This document shows positions 47,801 through 62,100 of a stretch of 64,000 nt of DNA, piece after piece. Numbering within the stretch: the first letter of the stretch is position 1; each line of letters begins with the position of its first letter. The DNA is taken from contig JBHGNT010000001.1 in the NCBI GenBank assembly GCA_043228905.1, positions 9,176,001 to 9,240,000 on the forward strand, written 5' to 3'. Under the pieces are notes generated by a model, which did no database searches, had not been told where the DNA came from, and saw nothing but the letters and a program-made list of their open reading frames with translations. The translations under genes were made by a program, and so were the position numbers. Source of the stretch: Azolla caroliniana. Taxonomy: Eukaryota; Plantae; Polypodiophyta.

Positions 47801-50800
47801 CACACATGATTCTAATAATGTAGGTGCAACAATTGCTTCAGTTATTTGACGCTTCTGATATGTCAGAAAGGGAGTTAGAGAGAAACATTGGCTGTGGGAA
47901 CTGCACAGCTGTTCGGTCTAGGAATCAAGATTTACCAAGATCAGCATATAAGTCAGATTCAGACTGCTACAGTGATTGTTCAAGCAAGGATGTAAATTCT
48001 GGCGAAGATGAATGGAATGATGAACCTGTAAATGATCAAACGTGCTACGAACGGAAAGATGATGGAGGTGTACTTAGTAAACGACTAAATCAGATAATTA
48101 TAGATGAAGCTGAACTTAATGGTGGCAGCCTCCAAGTAACCAATTCATCAGATGAAAATCAAGAAATGTGCTATCATAAGGGACAATGGAAAGGACCTTC
48201 ACATCCTTCTCAGAATATGGTTTATGACAATCCTATGTTGCGGCTTCATGAAAGTGATCCTGCTGTTAACAGCAACAGTTACTTGCAAACTAGCATAGAC
48301 ACAATAAATGAGCGGACGGTACCATCTCAACTTCAGTTTTCTACAGAGAATATTTTTCTCGTACCTCAACAAACAGCTCAAGGTCAAAATCATGATACTG
48401 CAACATTTTTGGCACAGACCCATAAAGTGAAATGGAACGACCAAAAGTATTCGAGGGATTCATCCGCACATTTTAGAAAACAAGGATTTGGTCCATACAT
48501 GATCCCAAGGTCGAAAAATCATGATGCAATGACACAACATATGGTGACTGGTAATGAACAAGCTCGACATATGCAGTCACAAATTCTCCCAATGCAGATG
48601 ACTTCTATCTGTACACAAAGGCTTCCTCACATGCAGGACCCTAATAACATTCAGATTCCATTGCCACATGGTTTTATGCCTCAAAGTGCTGAAGGTTTAA
48701 TCCTCATGCAACCTCAATCAAGTTCCACATTGGATGAATCTGTCCAGGGATTCAGAGTACCAAATGATGTACAAATTCCTCCAGAAGAATTTCAACATCT
48801 TTTGCAGACTGGTCGCATTGTGTACATGCCTTCTGTCATACCTAGACCACCCCCTTGTCCACCTCCTGAAACTCGTGGTTTCGTTGAGGATTTACACTAT
48901 GAGATTCTGAACTTTGCAAGATGGACAAGGCCTTCTTCAGAAATTCAAAGTCATGTTGAGGCGGCTATTGATTGTGTTAGGGCAGGGGTCAGAGCTTTGT
49001 GGCCTAAAGCAGATGTAGAGGTCAGTATTAATAGTATGCATTCTTGTAGATGTTTACTGGTTTCTTGATAGAGATGTTGATGTATGAATAGTGATGGATG
49101 AAGTTAGAGGAATGACATGTTATTGAATCCGTCATATGGATGAACTACTTGATGCAAATACATGCTCTTTGTCTGATTTAGTGTAGACTATAAGTTTAAA
49201 CATCCTGCTCTTATTAAAAAAATTACTTAAACTGTCAGCTCATACTATTCTCTAAGGTGCAGTCTCCTCTTTATTTATCAATTTAAACTCTTTTCTTTTT
49301 TCTTTTTTAGGTATTTGTGGTTAATAATGAAATTCTTTTTATATTCCCGATACATTATTTTGAAAATTTACTTTATCAACTGACAATTTCACCTTTTTCT
49401 TCTCATCCAATCAATCTGTTATACAGACAACCTGTTTTTTTCTTGCATTCTTAATTTGCAAGCCTAGAATATTGTAATCTAATAATGGCGCCATGTGCTG
49501 GGCACAGTGGCAGAATGTGAGGAAAACCAAGGAAAAAGCTAGAGCATGGATACATATGATTTTGGCCCTGAAATTAGAGTTTTTTGCAGCAGGGCAGTAA
49601 CCATGGAAATCATGACCGAAATATATAAACTAAGTAGTAGTCAGAGATGCAGCAAAGTGTGCAAATTTAAGAAGGGAAATATGTGACAAGGCAGCAAGAG
49701 CATCATAGATAAAGAAGATCATAGTGTAATTTGTATAGTGGGCTCTACAAAAGTTATAATATTGTGGGAAGATTAGCATTGATGTAGAAAGAAGCATGGT
49801 GCTGGAAAGGAAATAGTAAGCCATGTTTTTTCTTTGGTAGAGAAACAAAAAACTGTAAATTGTTATTGACTTCTGTCCTTAGGAATTTGGATTAGCTATT
49901 TTTGGTTATAAAAGAAGTTTGGAGGCTGACTGTAATATAAGAGTTGATGTAAGATACGACAAACTGTTAGAGAGCCATCTAAATAAGAGAACAAGAGTAT
50001 CTCAATCATTGGTATGTAGATCTATGAGCAAGGTATTTCTGTGTATGTCAACCAAAGTTCATAGCATGGATCTGTTGGGTTCGGTGACTGTAGGTAGTTT
50101 TCTATCTTGATGGTTCTCTATAAGTTTTATATTCAGATGTTCTTGTTTGAAATAAAAAGCAAGTTTTGTAAACACGTGTGTCTTCTATCCTTTGAACGAC
50201 AGAGTTGTGTTGTTTCTTCTTTGTGTAGTGCATTGTAGTATTTGAGAACAGCAATGAGGTTCATGCATCAAGTTGAGGTTGCCATTCATTAAAGAATTCA
50301 CTGGAGACCAGGTTTGTAGTTAGTTTTAAGGTTCATAGTTGCACCGAAATTGAAACTGGAAGCAGAAATACAAATTTGGAATTTTATGACTGTTAATGAT
50401 GACTTTTCAAACTCCCCTGGGGTTTCTTTGATTTGTTACTGAGCTCGTGAGAACATAACCTCGTACTCAAGCTCTTCTTGCTCACAACTCAATCTTTCTT
50501 GTCACCACAATGCTATAAATGCAGGCTTACGGACGAGGTTATTATTATGTTCAACATTTTTGTTAATGACATTTTCTATAGCTTTGAATGTAGTTCTGGT
50601 AGTCAAAGTCAATGCCACAGAGTGATTTCATTAGAAGGAAACGCTGGAAGCAGCCGCTGCTACTGCACTAACTAATATGGCATGTAATAAGTCCTGAGTG
50701 TGACAAACAAGTGAGTAAGATCCAGGAGGTTCCTGCTATTTGCTAGCGCTGGATGTATCCTATGGGGAACAGGTTTCCAACACAAATAACTTCTCTGAGA

Positions 50801-53057
50801 ACTATGGTTGATGAATGTCCACCTGGAGGATACTAGCATCTTATTGTATTGTGTTGTGTCATGGTTCAGCAATTAATGGATAGTATAAAGAGATTATATG
50901 TTGTGGAGATCAAGAAAATATTTCAATGTAAGTTGTTGCATAGTCCTTACAAAGGACTTTGAAGAAGGAGACCGAAAAGTACTTATTAAATTCTGCAGAG
51001 GTTATTAAGGAAGAATGTGGCCATTAATGCCTGTCAAAATGGAAAATCATGGTTGCTGAAAAGAAACCCATTTTTGACAGATTAAAAGTAATTAAGTTAT
51101 GATTATATTAGGTTAGCGTTGTTCTAAGCTATAAATGAAGTCTTAGCACTCACTGTTGAGAATTTCACTAAAGTGGATTGGCTTCTAAAGCACTCAACTC
51201 TGTTCTGTTGGACCTCTACATTTTCACTTGGGGGGTAAAGTATTAAAATTCTATTTTTATTATTTTAGGTTAATTTTGTTCTAACTTGCAAATGAGGACT
51301 TAGTGCTGATTGTTGAGAAGCTCACCAGAGTGCATTGGCGTCTAAAGCACTGAACTTTGTTATGTTGGACACCTAAGTTTATATTCAATGTTTTTTCAGT
51401 AATAAAGTTTGAGTTTTTTATTCTTTGAGCTACATAAATATTTCATGTGTTCCGTTTGAGGGTATTTCTGGTTTTTGAGGCAACCACCCCAGAGTTATTC
51501 AACTGTATATATCTTGTCCTAACAAAAGGTTATCATCCTCACAGGTATTTGGTTCATTTGCAACAGGCGTATGCCTACAGCATAGTGATGTTGATTTAGC
51601 AGTTATCAATGCTCCTAGAGTACAATCTTCAGAAAAGCAGACTATTATGCAAGCATCTGCATCGCTAATTCGTCAACTTGCAACAGCTTTAAGGGCATAT
51701 GAATGGTGTGAAAGCATCAATCCCTTGGATACAGCATCAATGCCTGTTCTGAAATGTCTGTGTAGACCTTTTGCACCCACAGAAAATGCACAGCGTGTGG
51801 CACCCATTGCTGTGGATATAACAATTGGAGGTATGATAAATAGTTATTACAGTTGGAGTTCTGTGCCTCAAATTCCAAATACTACAGATCAAGCACCACG
51901 GCCAGGGAAGTTCAGCAGTCGACATACAGGAGGTGCAGCTCGTGAATATGTGCTTCACAAAATAAGAGAACTTCCTGCACTGGCTCCACTTGTATGTCAT
52001 CATTTGCATCCCCTTTTGCATTAGAAACTCGTTGGTGATGCCAATTCTTTTAGTGTCTAAACGTTTTGGCTGATATTTTGAATAGGTTCTGCTGTTGAAG
52101 TCTTATTTACACCACAAAGGTCTGAGCAATGTCTACTCTGGTGGCTTGGGATCTTTTTCTTTGACTCTTCTTGTGGCCTTCTATTTGGAGGTAATTCTGA
52201 GGGTTCTCTTATGAACCTGTGCTATTTTGCTTTGTTTTGTTTTGCATTTGTCACTGATTGCTCTATTTCTATAATGACAGCGAATCCCAGTGCCTAGGGA
52301 TTGTCTATCAGATGCAGGAAGCAGTGATTTGGGCACATCACTATTTACATCATCTCCTTTATCATCGTCATCAGAATTTTCTGATGACTCTGATACACCA
52401 AGTACGAGTCGGAGTTCTGGTTCAAGTGGGTCGAGTAATAGTTTAGGTAAGCAACATGTTAGAAGAGCAGCCGATGCCATCGAGCGAGTATTGTTGCTTT
52501 GGGGTGGGGGTGGTTCTCCATGTCTAGGGAACTTACTTCTTGGTTTCCTGCACACTTTTGGCTTTCGTGATCTCTCACGTGAGAAAATCATTCTCAAGGT
52601 GAGTAAACACTATCTACTATTGGATTGCTCATGATATTTAATTTTGTCCTGATGTTTTCTTTGGTTTCTTATTGAAGGGCATTGATGGAAGCCCAGGTGG
52701 CATATTCGAACGCGAGGATCGGCATATTGCTCTCTGGATTGATGATCCTCTGCGGCCAGGAGTAAATATTGGAGCTGGGTCCTATGGTATGGTACATGTG
52801 CAGGTACATTTAATTCCATTTTATGAGTGCTTAGGCATATATTGGGTGCGGATGATAATGTAAAATACCTACCTTTCTCATCATGCTCACTTGGATTATT
52901 TTCACAGAATGCATTCAAAGAGATGATACATGCCTTAACTAAACGCCCTGCGTATGTACCACCTCTTCAATGTGTAGACAAGCATTGCCAGGATTTGGCT
53001 TCAATTGCACAACTACCTTGCCTAAGACGATTGACAATTGAAGTTGATAAGTATTAA
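44856..53057 (+). CDS. DCD-domain / TRF4(PAPD5)-like terminal nucleotidyltransferase fusion, 10 exons, 940 aa
   Basis: Exons 44856-45024, 47099-47199, 47295-47396, 47600-47707, 47824-49020, 51545-51991, 52086-52190, 52281-52598, 52678-52803, 52908-53057; all GT-AG, 2823 nt in frame. DCD: GFIFVC..IFGLP..GMPLFLFN..LYGVFEATSDGGFNLDPYAWE..YPAQVR..FKFELN. NTase: LHYEILNF..VFGSFATG..SDVDL..AVDITI..LSNVYSGGLGSFSL..LWIDDPLRPGVNIGAGSY. Confidence 0.92.
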
Positions 53058-54505
53058 AAATGTCATCCCAGAGGTTATGTCCATGGATTCAACTCGTATA
53101 TCTTCTATCAAGGAGGATATTTGCTATATATGACTCCATGTGGAAGATTGTCCGAATGCCTATGACAATTATTTAGTGCAAAGAAGCAACTTTCGTATTC
53201 GTACTTACTGCATAAATAATCACAGATAATTCAGCGGGTACGTTGCAGATAGCATCAACAGCTATCTTTACATACTAGGCCTTTTCTCAAGAGTACAGAA
53301 ATGAAATATATCATTTCAAACCAAGAGCTTCGGCAAGGTTTGTTTGAGTGCTGATATGAAGGAATGGTCATAGCATGAATAGCAACCAACATGATGCAGA
53401 AAGATAGGTATATCTGGAGCATTTGCTTTGAGAGTGCTGCTTATTCTGAATGAATTCTATTCTGAGAAGAAAGTTGAAATAGCAACAAAAATAGAAGTTT
53501 GACATTATGAGCTTTATGAGGAGACATTCTATAATGTCCTTAAGGTTTGGGCATTTTGTTAGCTGGATGATGATGAAAAAAGAAGACAATGAAGAAAATA
53601 AAAAGATGGTATGAAGAAAAGAAATTAATGAAAAAAAAGACTACAGTAAGTGGATGTACTTTTTGTGGTTGTCATGATTTTTATTACCTTTGGTGGTTTA
53701 TATCTTCAGACTCAAGCAGATTCATGTTTGTCCACCTATATGTAAGGTGATGGATTTTTATTTTTTTCTTGTAGAATTCTCTATGAGACTATTTTTTAAT
53801 ATAATTGTTAAATAGTTGTAGGAGTTTGTTGTAATTGTTTTACTTGATATTGACAGAAATACTATGAAACTTTCTCCCTTAATTGTTATTTCAAACTTTA
53901 ATTTGCTTTTCATTAATGTTTCATATGTGCATTAGGTGCATCCACGACTAGTATCATATGGAATGTTATTTGATATTTTGTCCCAATTATGTATATGCTT
54001 TCAAGATGAAATTTGTGTGTATACTTATTCTGGAAGTGCTTTTTTTCTTCTCTATTTGAAACTTTGCAACAATTAAAAACCTTGCAAGAATTGTTAAGTC
54101 ATTTCCAAGGTTTTGATCTCAGCTTAGTGTGAATTAACAAGTTCCCTTGAAACAGAGTATTAAACACGATTTAATGTGCCTTATTAAACAGGACACACGC
54201 TATTGCTTAGGAATCTTACCCAAAGTAATCAAATATCCTAAAGTACGAAGTGTTTTCAAATCTAGTAACAAATCAGCCCAAAGAAAGAAAGATAGAGTTT
54301 GTTTTTGCCCTAGAAGTGGTTGAAATTGTGATATCTATGATCCTCAGACAAGAGATAAAAAATATGTTTAGGGTTTAGGGTTTCTCACCTTAGTACTTGT
54401 ATTCTCTTCTCTCTTCATCTCTTTTCCTCACACCATCTGCATTGTTGTGTTAAGTTGCTCGCAATCCTTATATTCATTTACAATATTCCTACAAGATTGT
54501 ACACA

Positions 54506-57500
54506 TTTTTTTTCTTCCAAAATGAAGCTACTTTCCCATTAGTTAGGAAGGATTATTACAAAGAGACTGTACACAGAGGCTTAAACATAGATCGGGTAAT
54601 CTCCCTCTGATCAAGTTCAAGAAAATGAGACTAGTTACATCGCCTTTCGAACCGACTACTTAATGTAAGTAAGTACCTACAACTAAAACAGTGCCCTACA
54701 GTGATGGCTAGTACGAGACAACTCTTGGGGTCGACAGCGAAGGGAGGCTGGTAAGTGAGACGGAAACAACCAGCGTGGGGGTTGGTAGTTCCACCTCGGG
54801 CCACTTCCTCCTTGTGTCACCATAGGCGTGTTCCGCCATTTTTGCCAAAAGCACAAACGGGCAGTACCCACGTCTGAGGAATGGCTGCAAACCTAGTCCA
54901 ATTGCCCTCATAGGCAGCTAATAAACGCAAACCATGTCCATGATCACTTCCTCCGGGGGCCGCACCAGATCCTGGAAGACCTTTAGGCAACACGCTTTCC
55001 ATACATACCACAGGGTGAAGCTTGCAATCAACGTCCAAATGTCCAGGAACCTAGGGGATGCGGACTACAAGCCTCTCTCAAATCGAATCTTGGCGATTTT
55101 GCCTCTCATGCATACGTAACACCAACTATCCGCATTGAAGGCCTCCGTCCACCCATCAACAGAGTGATCAAGCCATGCCGCAACATTCCACGATGTTGTT
55201 CCTTCCACTTCACATGCCGCAAGGAGGCGAGTCACTCTATCCCATACCTTTTGAGCGTGAAGGCAATCCCACAGACAATGCCTCAGAGTCTCAATAGGTG
55301 AATGGCAAAGTGGGCAGCCTAACGAGCCGTCACGTTTACATAGCCATTCGCCAACGGGAACCACATTATGACCGATTTGCCACCAAAAAAACTTTATCTT
55401 TTCCAGCAAGTGGAAACACTAGAGACCCTTCCAAAAGGTAATGAGCACCTCATCAGGGATGCCCAATGTACGCCAGCCATTGCATAAGGGGCCGTCTAGC
55501 TACAGTTGAAAAGTCCGACCCAGTTTAGTGTTGTACTCGAAGAAATGGCGAAATCTGCCATCATGTTTCCACCTGAAATCCCATGGGTCCCATTCTAGTT
55601 CAACAAGGGGATGACAACCATATACCCATAACTTCCAATGGGGTTCCACCTTAGAAACATCCGGGTCTGTCTTCCAGATGTTACCAACCTGTGCCACCAC
55701 GCGGATTGGGTGCCAAGAGCCCCTACTCTGACTCTCCCCAAAAATCCTATCTCTTCCCGATCCGCTCACGCCCTTCAATGCCTTAACGCTTCCAGCCTCA
55801 TCAAAGAGACCGAACCAAGCATCTTCTCTCACCTCCCCCCATCAAAACCCTATCAACTGCCTCAGCTATCAATCTCCGCATTTTCATGGCTCCCTTGAGG
55901 AGAGGGAATGGGACCTCCTGGGCTCCTCCTAAAGCCACCGTGCGTCTCCAATCATCTAAAGAGTGAAGCCTTGTTTGCGCCAGCTTTCCCCATGCTAGGC
56001 CCTTAAGCTGGCCTAACATCATGTCATCACTTGTTCGCACCTGAGGGTTCCAAAATAATGGTTGTCTAGACCACTCGATTAGTGTCTCTGGCGTGTGCTT
56101 GACCAAATAATGTCGTACGTGACACCATGCCGGAAGTTCGTGATCGTCTCCTCCGGAAGACAAGCCATCTTGGGTGGGACTTTGCTCGTGCAACACCAAT
56201 TCCAAGAGTCAGGCCAAGGCCTACCATACTTGGGAGTCCCTGCCTGCAACCTATTGCGAAGTAGAACCTTCCAATACCCCTTACCTGGCAGGAGGCATCA
56301 AACCACCATTTTGGCTAGCAATGCTCGGCTTTGCATTAAGGCTATGAGGCCAAGCCCCCCTTTGGCCCGCGGTTGTGTTAACCAATGCCATGACACTATG
56401 GTGGTAGCCATCGGGTTGTCCTTACCTGACCATATAAAGCCCCTGATGGCAGCCTTAATCGCGCGCAAGCCTGAAGGGTCCATAATCCAGCACGAGACTG
56501 AGTGCCACATGGTGGCGAGCATCACTTGGTTCGCAATAGGAACCCTACCAACGAAGGATGGTTTAGACCTGCTCCATTGTTTCAACTTCTTGCTTAGTTT
56601 GGCTTGCACAAGTGACAATTGCGCTCCCTTGGGGATTTCCCTGCCCATTGTAAATCCGAGGTACTTGAATGTCGTCCCATCATGGACCCATGCAAAATCA
56701 GCATGGGGATGCTACCTTGGCTTCTCTTGTTCGTTGAACCAGAGGCCTTGGGTTTTATCCCAATTGATCTTTACACCGGTAGCCTGACAAAAGTCTTCAA
56801 CAAGATCTTCAGGTCGCTGCAAATTTGCATCATCGCCCTGCAAGAAAAGGACCGTATCGTCGGCATATTTAGATAACAGAAGATCCTCAGTCACATTGGG
56901 GATGGGCAATCCCCTCAGTCTGCTTCTTGGTGCTTGTAAGTAGGACGAGAAAGCCTCGGTTACAAATAGATAGAGATATGGGGCTAGGGGACAACCTTGC
57001 CTCACTGAGCGATGTAGTTGGAAGGCGGGGCCCCTTGCACTAGATACCAACACGCTATTGGTAGCAGTCCAATAGAGTGCAGAAGTGCAATTCCTCTATT
57101 GCGGGGGAAGGCCCATAGCTCTCATCACTCTTTCCAAAAGGGCCATAACACACTGTCGTAGGCCTTCTCAAAGTCTCACATCAGAATAGCCGAGCTCGAT
57201 GCAGTGCGATCTGCCAATGCCATAACTTCCCAAAGAAGCAGCACATTATCAAAGATACACCTACCCCTGATAAACCCTGTTTGATTCTCATGTATGATGT
57301 CCGGTAGGAAGCTTGTTATCCGCCTAGCCAAGACTTTTGCGACTATCTTGTATATCGTGTTAAGGATCGTGATTGGACGCCATTAGCGCAGCTCGAGGCT
57401 TCGCCCTGCCGCTTTAGGGATGAGATAGATCATCCCCTCCGCCAAGCCAGTTGGCATCGCTCCTGAGGACCAAATCTCCTGAATCCCGGCTTCCATTGAC

Positions 57501-57890
57501 GGGATAACTGTTTCCCAATGAATCTCAAAAAAAACTTGTGAGAGACCATCAAGGCCAGGGCATGCTCCTCTCCGCAAATCCCTAAGTGACTCCGAGAGTT
57601 CTAATTGAGAGATGGGGCTATCGAGCACAACTTCCATGTCATGGGTGACCTTCGGGTGAATGCAAGCCATCACTCTCTCAGCCAGCTCTGTGTTTTGCCA
57701 CATATGCATAGGTGCGAGCAGGTTGCGATAGCATTGTGTTGCCATATGCAGAATCTCATCCTTGTCCTCCGTTATTGAGCCGTCTGGTTTGCACAGCCCT
57801 TGTATATGTCCACCACCACCCATGGGTGCCCTGGAGTGAAAGAAATGACGGTTGACCTTGTCATCTGTTCTAGCCCATCATGTTGCAGCC
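54506..57890 (-). mobile_element. 5'-truncated degenerate L1/Tx1-type LINE ORF2 (RT and zf-RVT)
   Basis: CPGLDGL, WRPITILNTIYKIVAK, QTGFIRGR, DFEKAYD, VRQGCPLAPYLY, YADDT, KINWDK, FKYLG and CPLCHSPIETLRHCLWDC. Stops and frameshifts present; ends are approximate and I found no TSD. Confidence 0.9.
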
Positions 57891-59143
57891 CTTCAAAATA
57901 GCATCCGGGACTAGTTAACCACTTCATCGTGGCATCTTGAGACATTTTAAGACTCTCTTAATGAGGATTTTCTTCAGATCCACTAACTACCAAGGCATAA
58001 TATAAAACAATATTCAATTATATGGAACACCCATGGTATTTTACCATGTTCTTTGCTTGAGCATTACTCTATCTTTTTACTTAATCTATTGTATTGTGGT
58101 GTCCCTTTGGTGCATGTGCATGCCTTCATGTTGTGTGTGCATGTGTTCCTTTGTGCCCCCTTTTAGCACACCCTTTTTAGCATGCATGCCTTCATGTTGT
58201 GGTATACATGTGTTCCTTTGAGCCACCCTTTTTAGGACACATGTAGCTAGCTGCTAAGCTAAGCCAACCCAAATGGGTACCTTTGTATCTACTATTGACT
58301 ATAAATTGAACAAGACGTAAGAACCTAAGCAAGCTAGTTTTGATTCCCTTTATGTGCATTTCACAATATTACTTATCGTTAGTTTGACTTGTAATAGTTG
58401 CAATTTGATTTGGTGCGCTAAATTTGTACATGACAAAATAGAGATGCACAATGTTGATGCAACACATCCAAATTCATACCTTTGTATTGCATTGCATGGT
58501 AACTTAGCATGTACTTTATGGCCTATTATTACTTGTTCAAGTGGGAAAATGACCTACCCCATTTTGCATGACATTATTTTCAATGTGAATATAATCCTTG
58601 AGCCTGATCAGTAATTGGGCTTGATAGATTTTAAACATTTCCCTCGAGGCTAAATAAAAAAACTGCAAAACAAGTCCTGATTGAAAGTATAGAGTGAAAC
58701 AAGTTTGAACACCCACTCCTTGTGGTCAACTTGATTAAAAGATAGAAAGAAAATGAAAAAAATGTTGGATTGCCACCTTGTTAAACTTTAGACAAAAAGG
58801 ATAGAGACTACTCTATCCACCTTGTGGCCACGTTGGTGAAGTCAGCTTGGTTATGTTCTTAAAAAGTAGAGGATGAAATAATTTGTATAGCCATCTTCCT
58901 TGTGGTCAGGTTGGTTATATACTTAAAAAGTAGAAGATAGAAACGAAGTGTATAACCATCTTCCTTGGTTATACTAAAACCTAAAGTAGCAGATGAAACA
59001 AGTAGTACCATATGAATGGCCAGCCATCTTTGGTTAAATTTGAAAAGTTGGAATTGAAACAGGTAATATAACTAACCTTTGTTAGAGATGAATAAGAAGA
59101 AGAAAATAAAATGAACCAAAAGATGTAAATATGGATGTTTAGG

Positions 59144-62100
59144 CTAACTGTTATAATCATCAAAGCCTAGATCTCTCAAAGCTGCAGCAGCTGCCTCACT
59201 GCAGCCAGAATGATTAGCTTTTGCACGCCTAATAAGGGGTACCAATCCCTTCTCTAAAATCGCAGACCTGCAAACAGAAAATTCCATCTTTCATCACTAC
59301 TTATACTTTCATTTCATTGTATTTCTAAGAGGAAGAAAAAGTATTCACTGAAGGATGCTTCTAATTCCTCACATATTGGAGAAGTATATCTACTGAAATG
59401 TTTCTAGAAAGAATTCCTGGAAGTTAGATGTGTTAACAATTTTCCATAAAGGTAAAAGGAATACTATACAAGTGCTAAAAGTGAAGCATATTTTATCAAT
59501 TTTACACTAAAAAGAATACTGTTTAACTGTCGCTCAGAAATAGAAGCATATTTTTAGAATCTTTCAAGAAAGATTACTAACGTAGCCTAATAGAAATCAT
59601 GTTGTAATTTTCCCTAGAAAGAATACAAGAAGCCTTGTTCAAATTAAACGAAATTATTTATCATTTTCTCTTCGATCTATTTATTTATTTTGATTTATTG
59701 TTCTCAAAGACGACACGACACATAAGATGTAATATCTTGTTTGGACTTATAGGCCATTTTGTTAATAATTCTTTCTTTCTTTCTCTCTGTTTCTTCAACC
59801 CATCTAGTAATAGTTGTGTTGATTCTCACCTGCAATCTTGGCTTCTAACAGCCAGATTTCTCAGCATTTTACAAGCTTGTCTCTGCATATTTACAGCTGA
59901 TGGATGAGTCTCCATTGCCTCTGCGACCACATCAAGGACACCTGATTTCACTGCCTTAAATGCATTAACGGGAGAACGTAGTGATAGCACTGTGATTACT
60001 GAGAAGCACTGCAAAATAAAATTAAAGTTTCTTGTGGTCAAGTAACATCTTTGGATTGGAAAACAATGACTTGTTTAAGTAAATCATAGCCTTTTCTAGT
60101 GGAAGATATAGACTGCTTAGTTCAACAATAACTTTCTATATGGTTAAGAATCATTTTCTTTAGTTAGATCATAGTTTCCCATGGTTAGGCATCACCTTTG
60201 GATTGCACAACATTGCTTATTTAACTAAAACAGGCATCCACCAGTGTTTGGAACAAAAAGGTGGATCAATTCATGGAAATGAAAGTAGAATTATTGAAAC
60301 ATGCCAACGGCAACAAAATCCTGATCCCTATGAAACTGCTGATATTTCCCTCTGACAAGTTTTTGATACAGCTTACAGTGTTTTCCTCACTGAATTCCAA
60401 TACCTTTGTGGTATTTAATTTCCTACTATTCCATGAATAGAGGGGAAATCTTCGTCTATAATAAAGAAAATTTTATCAAATACAGGCACGCACCTCCTGT
60501 AACACAGGTGGATCCTCCGAGAAGACAAACATGACATTGATCAACTTTTCTAAACCACCTTCATTTACTATTGTGTCTTTATTATCATCACTCCCTGCCA
60601 ACTGAAGCAGACAAATATCACTTGGTTGTAACTTATAAGCAGTGCAAAGGCAGGCACTGGAAATATTTATAAAGGGAAAACAATTAAACTGAAATATAAA
60701 ATAAATCTACTTAATTCCTGTTACTTTTGAGGTAAGAAAGAGGGCATGCACTTACACATTTTCCAATAAATTGTTGTACCTGTGATAAAAAAGAACACGC
60801 GCTCCTAGCCAGAGATTTGTTCTCTGTATTTGCAGATTCAACCAAAGCTCCCAGAACAAATTCAATACCATGTTGTTCAGCTATTGTTTTGCAAATGGCA
60901 TCCTATATCTCACATCCAAGAACATTTGAATTAATTGACCAAGCCTGATTCTATGATGTAGACTCATGTTTAAAAAACAAAAACCAAAGTTCTGCATATT
61001 TTACACATACATTGACTGCAAGGCTCTTGAGAGCTATACAAATAGATGCAACTGCTGAAGATGATGTTTGATACTGGCTGCTTAAAAGAAATGCTTCCAC
61101 CATACCATTCTCGGAAAATGTTCTAGCATTTGGAAAAGCCTAAAAGAACAATATATACTTCATTTTAGTATACAGTAGATCCAAACACATACACTCACCT
61201 CAAAATGTACTACTGGAAGTGAAAATTTCGACTTTTTTTAGTGAAAAATACATTTCTAGAGTTTATGAACATCTGAGATCCCATTCAATTAGTAAAGATT
61301 CTAAAAAAATCCAAAATGCCTGAAGTTTTCTTTATTTTCGCAAATGCCATTAATTAACCCCCAAAAGTGACTTAGATGTGTTATTTGAGCACTTATATGG
61401 TCAATGGATCCTCTTTTTTGAATTGTAAGTGCTATTTTAGTGATTATATTGTCAATTCAATCCCTTCTCCTCTCTTTCCAGGGGAGACCTAGTGCATTAC
61501 TGGAAAATAAACGAAAAGCCAGAGACATTTTGAGGAACTAAAGAATAACTCAGGAGTATTACAGAGCTTGTAATGTCATCTGAAAACCTTTGAGACAACA
61601 AGTCGATTATCATCTGCTGTTACCAACGATCGAAATGCATTACAGATAGCGACAACCATGCTCTCAATTTTGGCATTCTCTTTCAAAAGTTTTGGAAGTT
61701 CTGCTGCTACATTGCAATCCATAAACTGCTCTTTAGCAAGTTCATCTTCAGTAGAGGCAGTTGTTAGCACATCACATGCGTGCGTTTTGACCTCGACAGA
61801 ATTCTCCTTATCTGTTAGTATCAGCATCAGCATCTCGCAACCACCATGTCTTCTGAATTTGTCCCTGTTTTCAGGGTCTAAAATCAAAAAATTCATACTC
61901 AACATAAATAAAGCATATTCATTACGAGATTGTTTAAATGGCTTTGAATATATATAATAAATAATATATAATAGAAATATGAACAAGCCAATTGAAGTAT
62001 AATCTTTAATTTAATTACAAGAAATCACCAAAATACCATGATGCCAAAAAATTTCAAGAACCAATATCTAGTCAACAGTCAAGAAATCAAACCCACTTAT

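Noticed and set aside
47824-49068. 414-aa ORF as a stand-alone gene
   Set aside because: It begins at an AG acceptor and has a GT donor at 49021, so it is exon 5 of the DCD-TRF4 gene.
51108-51375. Diverged duplication in intron 5 as a hidden exon or ncRNA
   Set aside because: No open frame or RNA motif seen, and exons 5 and 6 already join in frame as DVE-VFGS.
56095-56787. 230-aa plus-strand ORF
   Set aside because: Antisense to LINE ORF2.
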